The position numbers were made by a program, and so were the translations under genes. DNA of 64,000 nt from Coriobacteriaceae bacterium (GTDB taxonomy: Bacteria > Actinomycetota > Coriobacteriia > Coriobacteriales > QAMH01), in contig DAJPGJ010000001.1 in assembly GCA_025992705.1 (NCBI GenBank), positions 399,264 to 463,263 on the forward strand, in the 5' to 3' direction. The first letter of the stretch is position 1. Each line of letters opens with the position of its first letter. Positions 18,371 through 27,150 of this stretch are shown in pieces. The notes beneath the pieces were generated by a model. That model worked only from the letters and a program-made list of their open reading frames with translations, ran no database searches and was not told the origin of the DNA.

Positions 18371-18698
18371 CGCATTGATGATCGACTACGAGTTCTGCAC
18401 CGGCTGCCACGCCTGCGAGGTCGCCTGCAAGAAGCACCTCGAGGTCGGCGAGGGCCAGTACGGCATCCACGTCCTGCAGGACGGCCCCAGGGAGCTTCCC
18501 GACGGGCGCTGGGAGTACAACTTCCTGCCCATGCCCACGTCGCTTTGCGACATGTGCGCGGGAAGGATCGCCGAGGGCAAGGACGCCGCCTGCGTGCACC
18601 ACTGCCCGGCGCACTGCATGTACTACGGCACGGCCGAGGAGATGGCGGCGCTGGCCGCCGGCAAGGCCAAGAGCGCGGTGTTCGTCCCCGTCGCCTAG
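18360..18698 (+). CDS. Small 4Fe-4S ferredoxin-type subunit (112 aa)
   Basis: Motifs CTGCHACEVAC and CDMC...CVHHC. 11-nt overlap with the upstream catalytic gene. The protein is identical to 21132-21470. Confidence 0.85.
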   Translation: MSANALMIDYEFCTGCHACEVACKKHLEVGEGQYGIHVLQDGPRELPDGRWEYNFLPMPTSLCDMCAGRIAEGKDAACVHHCPAHCMYYGTAEEMAALAAGKAKSAVFVPVA

Positions 18699-18712
18699 TC
18701 GGAACACGAGCT

Positions 18713-18734
18713 GGGGGCGTCTCGTGACGCCCCC
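18713..18734 (+). terminator. Intercistronic hairpin GGGGGCGTC-tcgt-GACGCCCCC
   Basis: Perfect 9-bp stem 15 nt after stop 18698. No U-tract, so it may act as an attenuator or processing site rather than a full terminator. Confidence 0.4.
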
Positions 18735-18772
18735 TCACTCTGTAGTAAAACGATTGAGAGGTTGAGACTTTC

Positions 18773-21142
18773 ATGGCAAGCAAATACTACGAAGAGCATA
18801 AGGATGACGTCACCTGGCAAGATGGCGAATACACCGTGACCCGCACCACGACCTGGTCGGGCCCCGGCTGCCACGACGGCTGCGGCGTCCTCTACTACAC
18901 CAAAAACGGAAAGCTCGAAAAGGTCGAGGGCGATCCGTATAACCCCTTCAACGGTGGCACCCTTTGCATGCGTTGTCTCGAGATGCCGGAGTTCGTCAAT
19001 CATCCCCAACGTGTCACCTCGCCCCTCAAGCGCGTGGGCGAGCGTGGCGAGAACAAGTGGGAAGAGATCTCCTATGACGAGGCATACGACATCATCGAGG
19101 AGAAGGTCCGCGAGATCTGGCGTGACTACGCCCCCGAATCCATTTCCTGCATGATGGGCACTGGCCGTAATGCTTGCTGGCAGGTTCCTTATCTCTGCTA
19201 TTCGGCATTCGGTTCGCCCAACTTCTGCCTTGGCTTCCTGTCTGGCGAATCCTGCTTCCAGCCTCGTTCCGCTGCGATGGCGTCCATGAACGGCGACTTC
19301 TTGATTGCTGACATGTCGCAGCAGTTCGAGAGCCGCTATGACGAGGAGAACACCGAGTGGCGCGTCCCCGAGGTCATCATGATTTGGGGCAACAATCCTG
19401 TCAGGTCGAACTCGGACAACTTCTACGGCGGCTGGGTCGTCGACTGCATGCAGCGCGGCTCCAAACTCATCACCATCGATCCTTCGCTCACCTGGCTCGC
19501 GTCACGTTCCGAGCATTGGCTGCGCCTACGCCCCGGTACCGATGGCGCGCTGGCTCTCGGCATGCTCCACGTCATCATCGAGGAGGACCTCTACGATCAC
19601 GACTTCGTCGAGAAGTGGACCTATGGATTCGACGAGCTGCGCGAGCGCTGCAAGGATTGGACGCCCAAGAAGGTTTCCGAGATTTGCTGGATTCCGGAAG
19701 AGGAGATCGTTGCGGCTGCCCGTATGTACGCGCAGGCAAAGCCCGCCACCATCCAGTGGGGTCTCCCGATTGATCAAGCGGTCTGGGGTATTCCGTCGGC
19801 CATGGCCATCAACGCCCTGTGGACCATCACGGGCAACGTCGACATCCCTGGCGGCAACATCATCATCCGCAACGCATTTGACCAGAACGTCTCCTACAAC
19901 TATGGCTTCAACAACCTTGCTCCCGAGGTCCAGGCAAAGCGCATCGGCGCCGAGTATCCCCTCATGGCCAAGGCGGGCTTCAGCTCCACGGCCCATTCCG
20001 ACTCCATTCTGAAGGCCATCGAAACCGGCGACCCGTACCCCATCAAGATGCTCTGGCTGCAGTCGACCAACCCCATCGCCAACATGGGCTCGGATGCTCC
20101 GCGTATCTACCGTGCGGTAAAGTCCCTCGACTTCGTAGTCGTGGTCGACATGTACATGACGCCTACCGCGGTCGCATTCGCCGACCTGTTCCTGCCGTGT
20201 GCCATGAGCTGCGAGCGTGATAGCCAGCGCGTGTGGTGGGTCCCGCTGCGCGGCATGAAGAAGGTCACGCAGTTTGGCGAGGTCAAGTCCGATGAGGACA
20301 TCATCATCGATTTGGGCAAGCGCTTGCACCCGGAGAACTTCCCGTTTGACAACGAGATCGAGTGGGCTGACAACATCCTCAAGAACGAGACGCCCGCCTA
20401 TGGTGGAGATTTCGACCAGCTCGTCAACCATGACGTGTGGAAGTATCCCGAGTTCCATTACCGCAAGTACGAGATTGGCGAGGGCCGCTACGACGGCCAG
20501 GTCGGTTTCAACACTCCGACAGGTCGTGTCGAGCTCTACAACACGACCATGATGCTGTGGGGCTACGATCCGCTGCCTGATTGGGAGGAGCCGACGAGCT
20601 CTCCGTACCGTACGCCGGAGCTCTTCGAGAAGTACCCGTTCGTGCTCACGACGGGCGCCCGCTCCTTCGAGTTCTTCCACTCCGAGAATCGTCAGCCCAA
20701 CACCACCTCGCGCGAGCTGCATCCCATGCCCAAGTTCGAGATGAGCAAGAATGCGGCCGAAAAGCTCGGTCTGGAAGATGGCGAGTGGTGCTGGCTCGAG
20801 AATCAGCATGGCCGCTGCCGCCAGATTCTGCGCATCAATCCGTCGCTCGACGACCGTGTGGTCCGCGCCGAGCACGGCTGGTGGTTCCCCGAGACCGAGG
20901 GCGCCGAGCCCAACCTGTTCGGCACCTTTGATTCCAACATCAACAACCTGATCCCGCAGTGCGATAACGGTGTCACCGGCTACGGAGCACCCTATAAGAA
21001 CCAGCTTTGCAAGGTCTACAAGTGCACCGAGGAGAACAGCAAGGTCATGCCTGGTTATCACGTGACGAGGGAAGATGGTTATTCCAAGGACATCGACGAG
21101 TCCAACGGTGACGTGAAAGTAGGTATGACGTATGAGCGCTAA
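18773..21142 (+). CDS. Molybdopterin (bis-MGD) oxidoreductase catalytic subunit, no signal peptide (paralog 4 of 4)
   Basis: 789 aa, collinear with 15995-18370 and identical at most positions by eye. Same FeS motif and the same overlap with its ferredoxin gene. Confidence 0.85.
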   Translation: MASKYYEEHKDDVTWQDGEYTVTRTTTWSGPGCHDGCGVLYYTKNGKLEKVEGDPYNPFNGGTLCMRCLEMPEFVNHPQRVTSPLKRVGERGENKWEEISYDEAYDIIEEKVREIWRDYAPESISCMMGTGRNACWQVPYLCYSAFGSPNFCLGFLSGESCFQPRSAAMASMNGDFLIADMSQQFESRYDEENTEWRVPEVIMIWGNNPVRSNSDNFYGGWVVDCMQRGSKLITIDPSLTWLASRSEHWLRLRPGTDGALALGMLHVIIEEDLYDHDFVEKWTYGFDELRERCKDWTPKKVSEICWIPEEEIVAAARMYAQAKPATIQWGLPIDQAVWGIPSAMAINALWTITGNVDIPGGNIIIRNAFDQNVSYNYGFNNLAPEVQAKRIGAEYPLMAKAGFSSTAHSDSILKAIETGDPYPIKMLWLQSTNPIANMGSDAPRIYRAVKSLDFVVVVDMYMTPTAVAFADLFLPCAMSCERDSQRVWWVPLRGMKKVTQFGEVKSDEDIIIDLGKRLHPENFPFDNEIEWADNILKNETPAYGGDFDQLVNHDVWKYPEFHYRKYEIGEGRYDGQVGFNTPTGRVELYNTTMMLWGYDPLPDWEEPTSSPYRTPELFEKYPFVLTTGARSFEFFHSENRQPNTTSRELHPMPKFEMSKNAAEKLGLEDGEWCWLENQHGRCRQILRINPSLDDRVVRAEHGWWFPETEGAEPNLFGTFDSNINNLIPQCDNGVTGYGAPYKNQLCKVYKCTEENSKVMPGYHVTREDGYSKDIDESNGDVKVGMTYER

Positions 21143-21470
21143 CGCATTGATGATCGACTACGAGTTCTGCACCGGCTGCCACGCCTGCGAGGTCGCCTGC
21201 AAGAAGCACCTCGAGGTCGGCGAGGGCCAGTACGGCATCCACGTCCTGCAGGACGGCCCCAGGGAGCTTCCCGACGGGCGCTGGGAGTACAACTTCCTGC
21301 CCATGCCCACGTCGCTTTGCGACATGTGCGCAGGGCGCATCGCCGAGGGCAAGGACGCCGCCTGCGTGCACCACTGCCCGGCGCACTGCATGTACTACGG
21401 CACGGCCGAGGAGATGGCGGCGCTGGCCGCCGGCAAGGCCAAGAGCGCGGTGTTCGTCCCCGTCGCCTAG
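21132..21470 (+). CDS. Small 4Fe-4S ferredoxin-type subunit (112 aa), duplicate of 18360-18698
   Basis: 335 of 339 nt are identical to the first copy by direct comparison. All 4 differences are synonymous. Confidence 0.85.
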   Translation: MSANALMIDYEFCTGCHACEVACKKHLEVGEGQYGIHVLQDGPRELPDGRWEYNFLPMPTSLCDMCAGRIAEGKDAACVHHCPAHCMYYGTAEEMAALAAGKAKSAVFVPVA

Positions 21471-21518
21471 CGTGTCGTAAGGCCTAGGGCGCTAGGCTCA
21501 TGGCCGGGGCTAGCAATC

Positions 21519-21567
21519 GGGGGACAGACCCTTTATTCCGTCGCCAGCGGGAAAAGGGGGACAGACC
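21519..21567 (+). repeat. Type A repeat cores, 2 copies (second degenerate)
   Basis: GGGGGACAGACCC at 21519-21531 and GGGGGACAGACC(t) at 21556-21567. Confidence 0.85.
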
Positions 21568-21580
21568 TTCGATTGCCTGA

Positions 21581-21621
21581 AGCAGGACCGTCTCGCTTGA
21601 TAGTGGCGGGGCGGTCCTGCT
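21581..21621 (+). terminator. Hairpin AGCAGGACCG-N21-CGGTCCTGCT at the operon end
   Basis: 10-bp stem with a large loop and no clear U-tract. Confidence 0.4.
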
Positions 21622-21667
21622 CCTTATTCAGCTAGACATGAACATCCGATTTGATGAGAGGCGGATT

Positions 21668-22900
21668 ATGAGCAATACCGCTGAACCGGCGGGAAAGGCC
21701 GGTCCATACCAAAACGTCTTCGTCGTCGCGATCGTGCTGTTCCTGGTGGCGACGGCGGTCACCATCATGCAGTACAAAATCCCGACGATCATGGTTCCCA
21801 TCATGGAGCAGTTTGCAATCGATGCAAACACGGCTGCATGGACCATGTCCATCTTCACGTTTACGGGCATAGTCCTTGCGTTGCCCGTGGGCATGCTTTC
21901 CAGGAAGTTTGGTCCCAAGAACCTGATCATCGCTGCGCTCATCCTGGATATCGTCGCCAGCGTGGCGGGGGCCTTCGTCAGCGACATCGCCCTGCTGCTC
22001 GTGACTCGCGCGCTCGAGGGAGCCGCCCTGGTCTGCGTCATCGCGTGTGGACCGGTCGTGTTGCAGCAGACGGTCGATCCGGCCCGCATGGGCATCGCCA
22101 CTGGCATCTGGATGCTTGGCGGCATGCTGGGTGCCACTTTCGGTGGCATCTTCACGCCGCTGCTGTACTACAACACGGGCTTTGCCGGCCTGTGGATTGG
22201 CTACGCGGTTTTCGCCGCCATCGCCCTGATTGCCTTCGTACTCGTCATCAAGATGCCTCCCGTTGACACGAGTGCGGCCGAACAGGTGGCGCTTGCCAAT
22301 GCGGACAAGACCTTCGGTGAACGCTTTAAAACGGAATATCGCGTCTTCTTCAAGCCGAACACCTGGCTGTTCTATCTGCCGCATGCCATTTTCCAGATTT
22401 TGCTCCTCGCCGTGCTTTCGTTTGCGCCTACTGCTTTGCAGCAGCAGGGGATGGATCCGGCGCTTTCCGGTCTGGTGAGCACCATTCCGATGCTTCTCGC
22501 CATCATCTCGTCGCTTGCGTTTGGTGCCATTTCTGACGCGATGCATCGCTGCAAGCCGCTCGTGATTATCGGTATCGTCTCCATGGCAATTTGCACGCCC
22601 ATCATGCTCAACGTCACAGGCCCCGTCTTCTGGGGAACGCTCGTGGTCATGGGCTTGCTCTCCATGGGCATGCCCACCGTTGTCATCGCGGCATATCCGC
22701 AGGTGCTGGGCGATCCCAAGCTCATGACCGTTGGCATGGGCGTTTTGCTGCTCGTGCAGAGCATCGGCCAGTTCCTGGGCTCCCTTGTTCCGGGCATGCT
22801 GTTGGGTCCCGACATTTCGAACTGGTTTGTCTGTGGTGCGGTTTTGTGTGTGCTGGGCCTTGTCGGCGGCCTTTCGGCAATCCTCTGCAAATTCAAGTAA
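21668..22900 (+). CDS. MFS transporter
   Basis: About 410 aa from ATG 21668 with RBS GAGAGG; the alternative start is 21638. Multiple TM segments. Confidence 0.8.
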   Translation: MSNTAEPAGKAGPYQNVFVVAIVLFLVATAVTIMQYKIPTIMVPIMEQFAIDANTAAWTMSIFTFTGIVLALPVGMLSRKFGPKNLIIAALILDIVASVAGAFVSDIALLLVTRALEGAALVCVIACGPVVLQQTVDPARMGIATGIWMLGGMLGATFGGIFTPLLYYNTGFAGLWIGYAVFAAIALIAFVLVIKMPPVDTSAAEQVALANADKTFGERFKTEYRVFFKPNTWLFYLPHAIFQILLLAVLSFAPTALQQQGMDPALSGLVSTIPMLLAIISSLAFGAISDAMHRCKPLVIIGIVSMAICTPIMLNVTGPVFWGTLVVMGLLSMGMPTVVIAAYPQVLGDPKLMTVGMGVLLLVQSIGQFLGSLVPGMLLGPDISNWFVCGAVLCVLGLVGGLSAILCKFK

Positions 22901-22908
22901 CCGCAGGT

Positions 22909-22928
22909 GGGAAGAAGGGGACAGACCC
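22909..22928 (+). repeat. Type A repeat, 1 copy
   Basis: CCGCAGGTGGGAAGAAGGGGACAGACCC, located between two MFS genes. Confidence 0.9.
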
Positions 22929-22972
22929 CTGATTGCCGATGAGTCCATGTCGGGGAGGAGCGTTATAGCGCG

Positions 22973-24358
22973 ATGGGTGGCGTGAACCGCGGCGACCGGA
23001 CGATGCTCGCCGTTCTCATTGGCATGGGCTTCGTCGCCGCATTCAATGAGAACACGGTCAACGTCGCTCTCGTCTACATCCAGGCGGAGTTCGATGTCTC
23101 GAGCGTCGCATCGCAGTGGCTGGTGACGGGCTACATGATCGTCTCCGCGATAACGAGCGCGATCTGTGCGTTCCTGCAGCATCGCTTTCCCCTGCGCCGC
23201 ATCGTCTTTGCCGCTGGGATTGTCTTCGTGGCAACTTCGTTCGCGGCGATGCTGGCGCCGGGCTATCCGCTTCTCCTGACCTTTCGGTTGCTGCAAGCGA
23301 TCGGCACGGGGCTCTTCGTTCCCATCATGGTGACGACAATACTGAAGGTGACGCCACGCGAGCAGATGGGGACGGTGCTCTCGGTCGGAAACATGTGCCT
23401 GACGCTCGGCCCGGCGCTCGGACCGGTCGTGACAGGCGCCATGATCTCGCTTTTGGGCTGGCGCACCGTCTTTCTCCCCGGCGCCATCGTCATGGCGCTC
23501 TTGCTGGTGGCAGCGGTGTTCTTCGTATCCAACGTGCACGAGACAGCTGCGAGCAGGCTCGACGCGCCCTCGGTTTTCCTCGCATCGGTTGGGCTCACTT
23601 TCTTCATGTACGGGCTTACCCAGATATGCTCGGACATCGTCATGAGCGCCTGCACCCTCGCGATAGGCATCGTGTTCCTGGGAGTCTTCGCACGCAGACA
23701 GCATCGCATCCCCGACCCGTTTCTTAATCTATCCCCGTTTACCAATCCTGCGTATGTACTTGCTTGCCTAATGCTTGGGATTGCAATGATGACTTCGTTT
23801 TCCACGACGGTTCTGCTGCCGCAATACCTGCAGGAGGGCCTTGACGTGTCGGCGCTGGTGACCGGGACGCTCATCTTGCTGCCCGTCATGTGCAACGTCG
23901 CGTTCAGCGTTCTGGGAGGGCGCCTGTTCGACACCCATGGCGAGACGCCGTTGTTGCCATTGGGATATCTTCTCATGGCAATTGGGATGCTCGTGATGTG
24001 CTTGGCAGGACGAGGGCTTTCGCTGGTATTCGTGATCACGGGTGCCTGCGTCACATTCGTTGCCTTGGGACTCGTCTACACCGCGACGCAGGCGGCGGGA
24101 CTCAAGCGCTTGTCCCAGGCCGAGCACGCACACGGCGTCTCGATCATGAACGTTCTGGTGATGGTGGCCGGCGCTCTGGGAACCTCGCTATATGGTGGGG
24201 TTGCCCAGGCGGGCACGGGCGGAGCGATTGCACGTGGGATTTCGGAAGGCGCGGCCCAGGGAGCCGGTTTTGGCGATGCGATGATCCTCGGCACCGCGCT
24301 TGCGGCTGGTGCTCTCGTCCTCGCCCTCATCCTCGGCAAGAAGCGCGCTGGGAATTAG
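22973..24358 (+). CDS. MFS transporter (drug:H+ antiporter-like, about 14 TM segments)
   Basis: 461 aa. The N-terminal stretch MLAVLIGMGFVAAFNENTVNVALVYIQAEF...QWLVTGYM is typical of EmrB/DHA2-type MFS proteins. Confidence 0.8.
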   Translation: MGGVNRGDRTMLAVLIGMGFVAAFNENTVNVALVYIQAEFDVSSVASQWLVTGYMIVSAITSAICAFLQHRFPLRRIVFAAGIVFVATSFAAMLAPGYPLLLTFRLLQAIGTGLFVPIMVTTILKVTPREQMGTVLSVGNMCLTLGPALGPVVTGAMISLLGWRTVFLPGAIVMALLLVAAVFFVSNVHETAASRLDAPSVFLASVGLTFFMYGLTQICSDIVMSACTLAIGIVFLGVFARRQHRIPDPFLNLSPFTNPAYVLACLMLGIAMMTSFSTTVLLPQYLQEGLDVSALVTGTLILLPVMCNVAFSVLGGRLFDTHGETPLLPLGYLLMAIGMLVMCLAGRGLSLVFVITGACVTFVALGLVYTATQAAGLKRLSQAEHAHGVSIMNVLVMVAGALGTSLYGGVAQAGTGGAIARGISEGAAQGAGFGDAMILGTALAAGALVLALILGKKRAGN

Positions 24359-24404
24359 GGGACAGACCCTTCCTTGTCGCCGGTGGCAACAAGGGGACAG
24401 ACCC
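24358..24404 (+). repeat. Type A repeat, 2 copies (the first overlaps the stop codon)
   Basis: Core at 24358-24369 and a full unit at 24385-24404. Confidence 0.9.
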
Positions 24405-24610
24405 TCTTTGGTGGACCTTTTTGGCATGTGGAGACACGGCGATGATTACGAAAACGAATGCCCTCTCGCAAATCGGCATGGGACATTCGGCGCTGCATTC
24501 CTCATTTGGAGACCCTTGCAAGCGGATACTGAATTGGAATTATCTCCATTCTGCATAAATCTCCTATGCTTTTCCCAATGTTGGTCGAAAGACTTAGAGA
24601 GGGAGGGAAA

Positions 24611-25582
24611 ATGAAGAAAAACATTTTCGCTTTAGCGGCCGCCATTGGTCTGACGATTGCTCTTGGAGCAAGTCTGGTTGGATGTGGTGGATCATCGGGT
24701 GGAAGCAACGCTGCATCTGATGCCAGTGCACCCATCAAAGCGGACGCTAAGTGGGAAAAGGTTGCGACCGTTCCCGACACGGCCATTATCGAGGGCATGA
24801 ACTTTCGTGATGGTGAGCTCTGGTTCATCGACGTCGGCACGTCGCGTATCTTCAAGCTCGTAGGCGATGAGGTGCAGACCGTATACGCTGATCCCGAGAA
24901 AAAGGCCATGCCCAATGGTGCCAAGTTCATCGACGAAAACACGCTTCTCATCACCGACCGTGCGCAAGGACTTTGCACCTATGACGTGAACACCGGTGAG
25001 TACACGGTGAAGGTCTCTGGTGTTGACGGCCAGAACTTCCTCGGTCTGAATGACATCGTGCTTGATGGCCAGGGCGGTGCCTACTTCACTGATCCGGGTC
25101 AGTCCGACTACCTCAATCCTGAGGGCAGTGTCTACTATGTGAATTACGGCGATGGCAGTTACAAGGTCGAGAAGTATGCCGGCAACTTTGCGTATCCCAA
25201 CGGCATCACCATCTCGCCCGATGGAAAGTTCCTGTACGTGGCGGAGTTCAACACCAACTCCATCGTGCTCGTGCCTTCCAAGACCTACACCGATAAGAAG
25301 GACACGCCCTACGTCTTTGCTCGCCTGAACGGTGGCCATGGTCCTGATGGCGTTCTCACCGATGAGGCTGGCAACGTTTACGCCGCCCACCTCAATGCCG
25401 GTGAGATGGTCGCGGTTTCGCCCAACGGTTTCGAGATTGGTGCCTGGAAGCTTCCCGAAGGCGCTACTGACCTCGTCAGCAATTTGTGCATCGGCCCGGA
25501 TGGCTACATGTACATGACCGAGTTTGGCAGCGGTACGATCTGGAAGATCCCCACCAGCGCAAAGCCGAATCCTCTGGCGTAA
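24611..25582 (+). CDS. Lipoprotein of the SMP-30/gluconolactonase/LRE-like beta-propeller family
   Basis: ATG 24611 with RBS GAGGGAGGGA. Signal peptide plus lipobox LVGC. The motif YPNGITISPDGKFLYVAEFNTNSI and repeated blade-like segments are present. Confidence 0.65.
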   Translation: MKKNIFALAAAIGLTIALGASLVGCGGSSGGSNAASDASAPIKADAKWEKVATVPDTAIIEGMNFRDGELWFIDVGTSRIFKLVGDEVQTVYADPEKKAMPNGAKFIDENTLLITDRAQGLCTYDVNTGEYTVKVSGVDGQNFLGLNDIVLDGQGGAYFTDPGQSDYLNPEGSVYYVNYGDGSYKVEKYAGNFAYPNGITISPDGKFLYVAEFNTNSIVLVPSKTYTDKKDTPYVFARLNGGHGPDGVLTDEAGNVYAAHLNAGEMVAVSPNGFEIGAWKLPEGATDLVSNLCIGPDGYMYMTEFGSGTIWKIPTSAKPNPLA

Positions 25583-25606
25583 TTCATATAACAGAAAGGC
25601 TTTCGA

Positions 25607-25637
25607 GAGGGTGCTGCGCGTGCGGCACCCTCCTTTT
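25607..25637 (+). terminator. Rho-independent terminator
   Basis: GAGGGTGC...GCACCCTC stem followed by CTTTTTC. Confidence 0.65.
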
Positions 25638-25646
25638 TCATGATAT

Positions 25647-25666
25647 GGCAATAAGGGGACAGACCC
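25647..25666 (+). repeat. Type A repeat, 1 copy
   Basis: GGCAATAAGGGGACAGACCC. Confidence 0.9.
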
Positions 25667-25729
25667 CCGATTGACGGAAAGAAGCGAATCCGCCAGCGTT
25701 CCTTCGCAGGCTTCGAAGGAATACTCGGT

Positions 25730-26527
25730 CTAAAATCCCCGTTGAGAGGCATCGATGATCAGGGAAGCTCCGCTGGTATAGGAAGACTCATCTGACAGCA
25801 GATACAACGCCCCATAGGCCATCTCGAGAGCCGTAGCGGCGCGACCCGCTGGAAGCCGCTCGACGATGGCGTCAAAGCCCGCAGTTCCCGGCCCGGTGAG
25901 CACCATTTCGGTTTCCACGAGCCCAGGGCACAAGTTGTTAATGCGGATGCCCTTGCCGATGAACTCCTTGGCGATGCAGTGGGTCATATGGTTGACGCCA
26001 GCCTTCACGAAGCAGTACAGCGCGCCACCAGGTACATCATTGTCAATGGCGGCGAGGGAGGTGCAATTGCAAATCGCGCCTCCGCCCTGGCGTTCCATCT
26101 GGGGGATGACGAGTTGCATCATGCGCAGGTAGGAGTAGCCGTCCAAGTCGGTGAACCTGTCCCAATCCTCCCGTGTGAGTTCCAGCGTCGGCTTCGATAT
26201 GAGGCAGCCGGCGTTGTTGAGCAGGCCGTCGATAGAGCCAAAGGCCTTGAGGGTGCCGTCAACGATGGCCTGGCGATCGGCTTCCTTCGTGATGTCGGCG
26301 TTTACGAAAACGGCTTGCCCGCCGTCGCGCCTGATGCGGTCCACCACGGCTGCACCCGCGTCTTTGCGACGGCCGACCACCGTCACCTTTGCCCCTTCCC
26401 AAGCAAAGAGGATGGCGCACGCCTTTCCTATGCCCGAAGTGGACCCCGTGACAATCACGACCTTGTCCTTCAATCGTCCTGAAGCGGGTCGAAGGTCGGT
26501 CACATCCGGTTCTTTTCGCACGTCCAT
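25730..26527 (-). CDS. Short-chain dehydrogenase/reductase (SDR)
   Basis: 265 aa with cofactor motif VTGSTSGIGKA and classical SDR layout. Confidence 0.85.
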   Translation of the reverse strand: MDVRKEPDVTDLRPASGRLKDKVVIVTGSTSGIGKACAILFAWEGAKVTVVGRRKDAGAAVVDRIRRDGGQAVFVNADITKEADRQAIVDGTLKAFGSIDGLLNNAGCLISKPTLELTREDWDRFTDLDGYSYLRMMQLVIPQMERQGGGAICNCTSLAAIDNDVPGGALYCFVKAGVNHMTHCIAKEFIGKGIRINNLCPGLVETEMVLTGPGTAGFDAIVERLPAGRAATALEMAYGALYLLSDESSYTSGASLIIDASQRGF

Positions 26528-26623
26528 GAAATGTCCTCCTCAGGAATCCGGTGGTGAATTGATTCACGTCGATTCTAAGGTCCTGAACTGGCATTTCCCT
26601 CATTCGACTCTGGAATGGGAACC

Positions 26624-26636
26624 GGGGGACAGACCC
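26624..26636 (+). repeat. Type A repeat core, 1 copy
   Basis: GGGGGACAGACCC, located upstream of the - strand SDR gene. Confidence 0.85.
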
Positions 26637-27150
26637 CCGATTGCGACCCTCGATTGTCGGAATACATCCTGCAGCTTTGGCACAACGTTTCCGTTGGCAT
26701 TTCGCTCACAATCGAACGGGCTCGCATCTATGTCGCCTCAGCCGTGATATAGTTGTACTAGCATCTCGCGCTTGGCGCGAGGGCAGCCAAGCGCGCGGGG
26801 ATGTCCCCGCGCATTTTGTTTATCAGGAGGGTGGGAGTGTCGGGTACTCTTCAAGCTCTTTGGTGGCCGCCGTTCCTTCAAGGCCAATCACCTCAAGCAG
26901 ATGCGTAAGAAGCTGCACCATTAATTGACATTTCCAACCTAATCACCTGTCCTTTGTGTCACTCCGGGGACACCTTTCTCAATGCCGCATATGAACTCTC
27001 TATTCCTTTTCGCGAATAAAGCGCTATACTCTGCTCACGCCATGATTTGCCCGAAGGCCGTCGTGCAGCGGCCTAGGGAACACCCATTGGTTGCACCGGG
27101 TGCATCGAGGTGGCGCACGATGCATCGCCTCTCGCAAAGGAGCGTGCAAC

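Noticed and set aside
1200-21142. Tat signal peptides or in-frame UGA selenocysteine codons in the molybdoenzymes
   Set aside because: No RRxF motif occurs near any plausible start, and all four reading frames are uninterrupted. They are therefore not periplasmic respiratory reductases and not FdhA-type selenoproteins.
21632-23704. Very long antisense ORFs (for example 21632-23704, 1344-2543, 4763-5926, 16949-18289, 19526-21061, 53268-54917, 59646-61130, 62324-63118)
   Set aside because: These are typical stop-poor antisense frames of GC-rich DNA. Their products are Arg/Ala/Gly/His-rich low-complexity sequences. The opposite strand encodes recognisable proteins.
26826-26926. A 33-codon ORF on the - strand (MVQLLTHLLEVIGLEGTAATKELEEYPTLPPS)
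   Set aside because: It is too short, has no convincing RBS and matches no family. It may be a gene remnant, but that cannot be supported.
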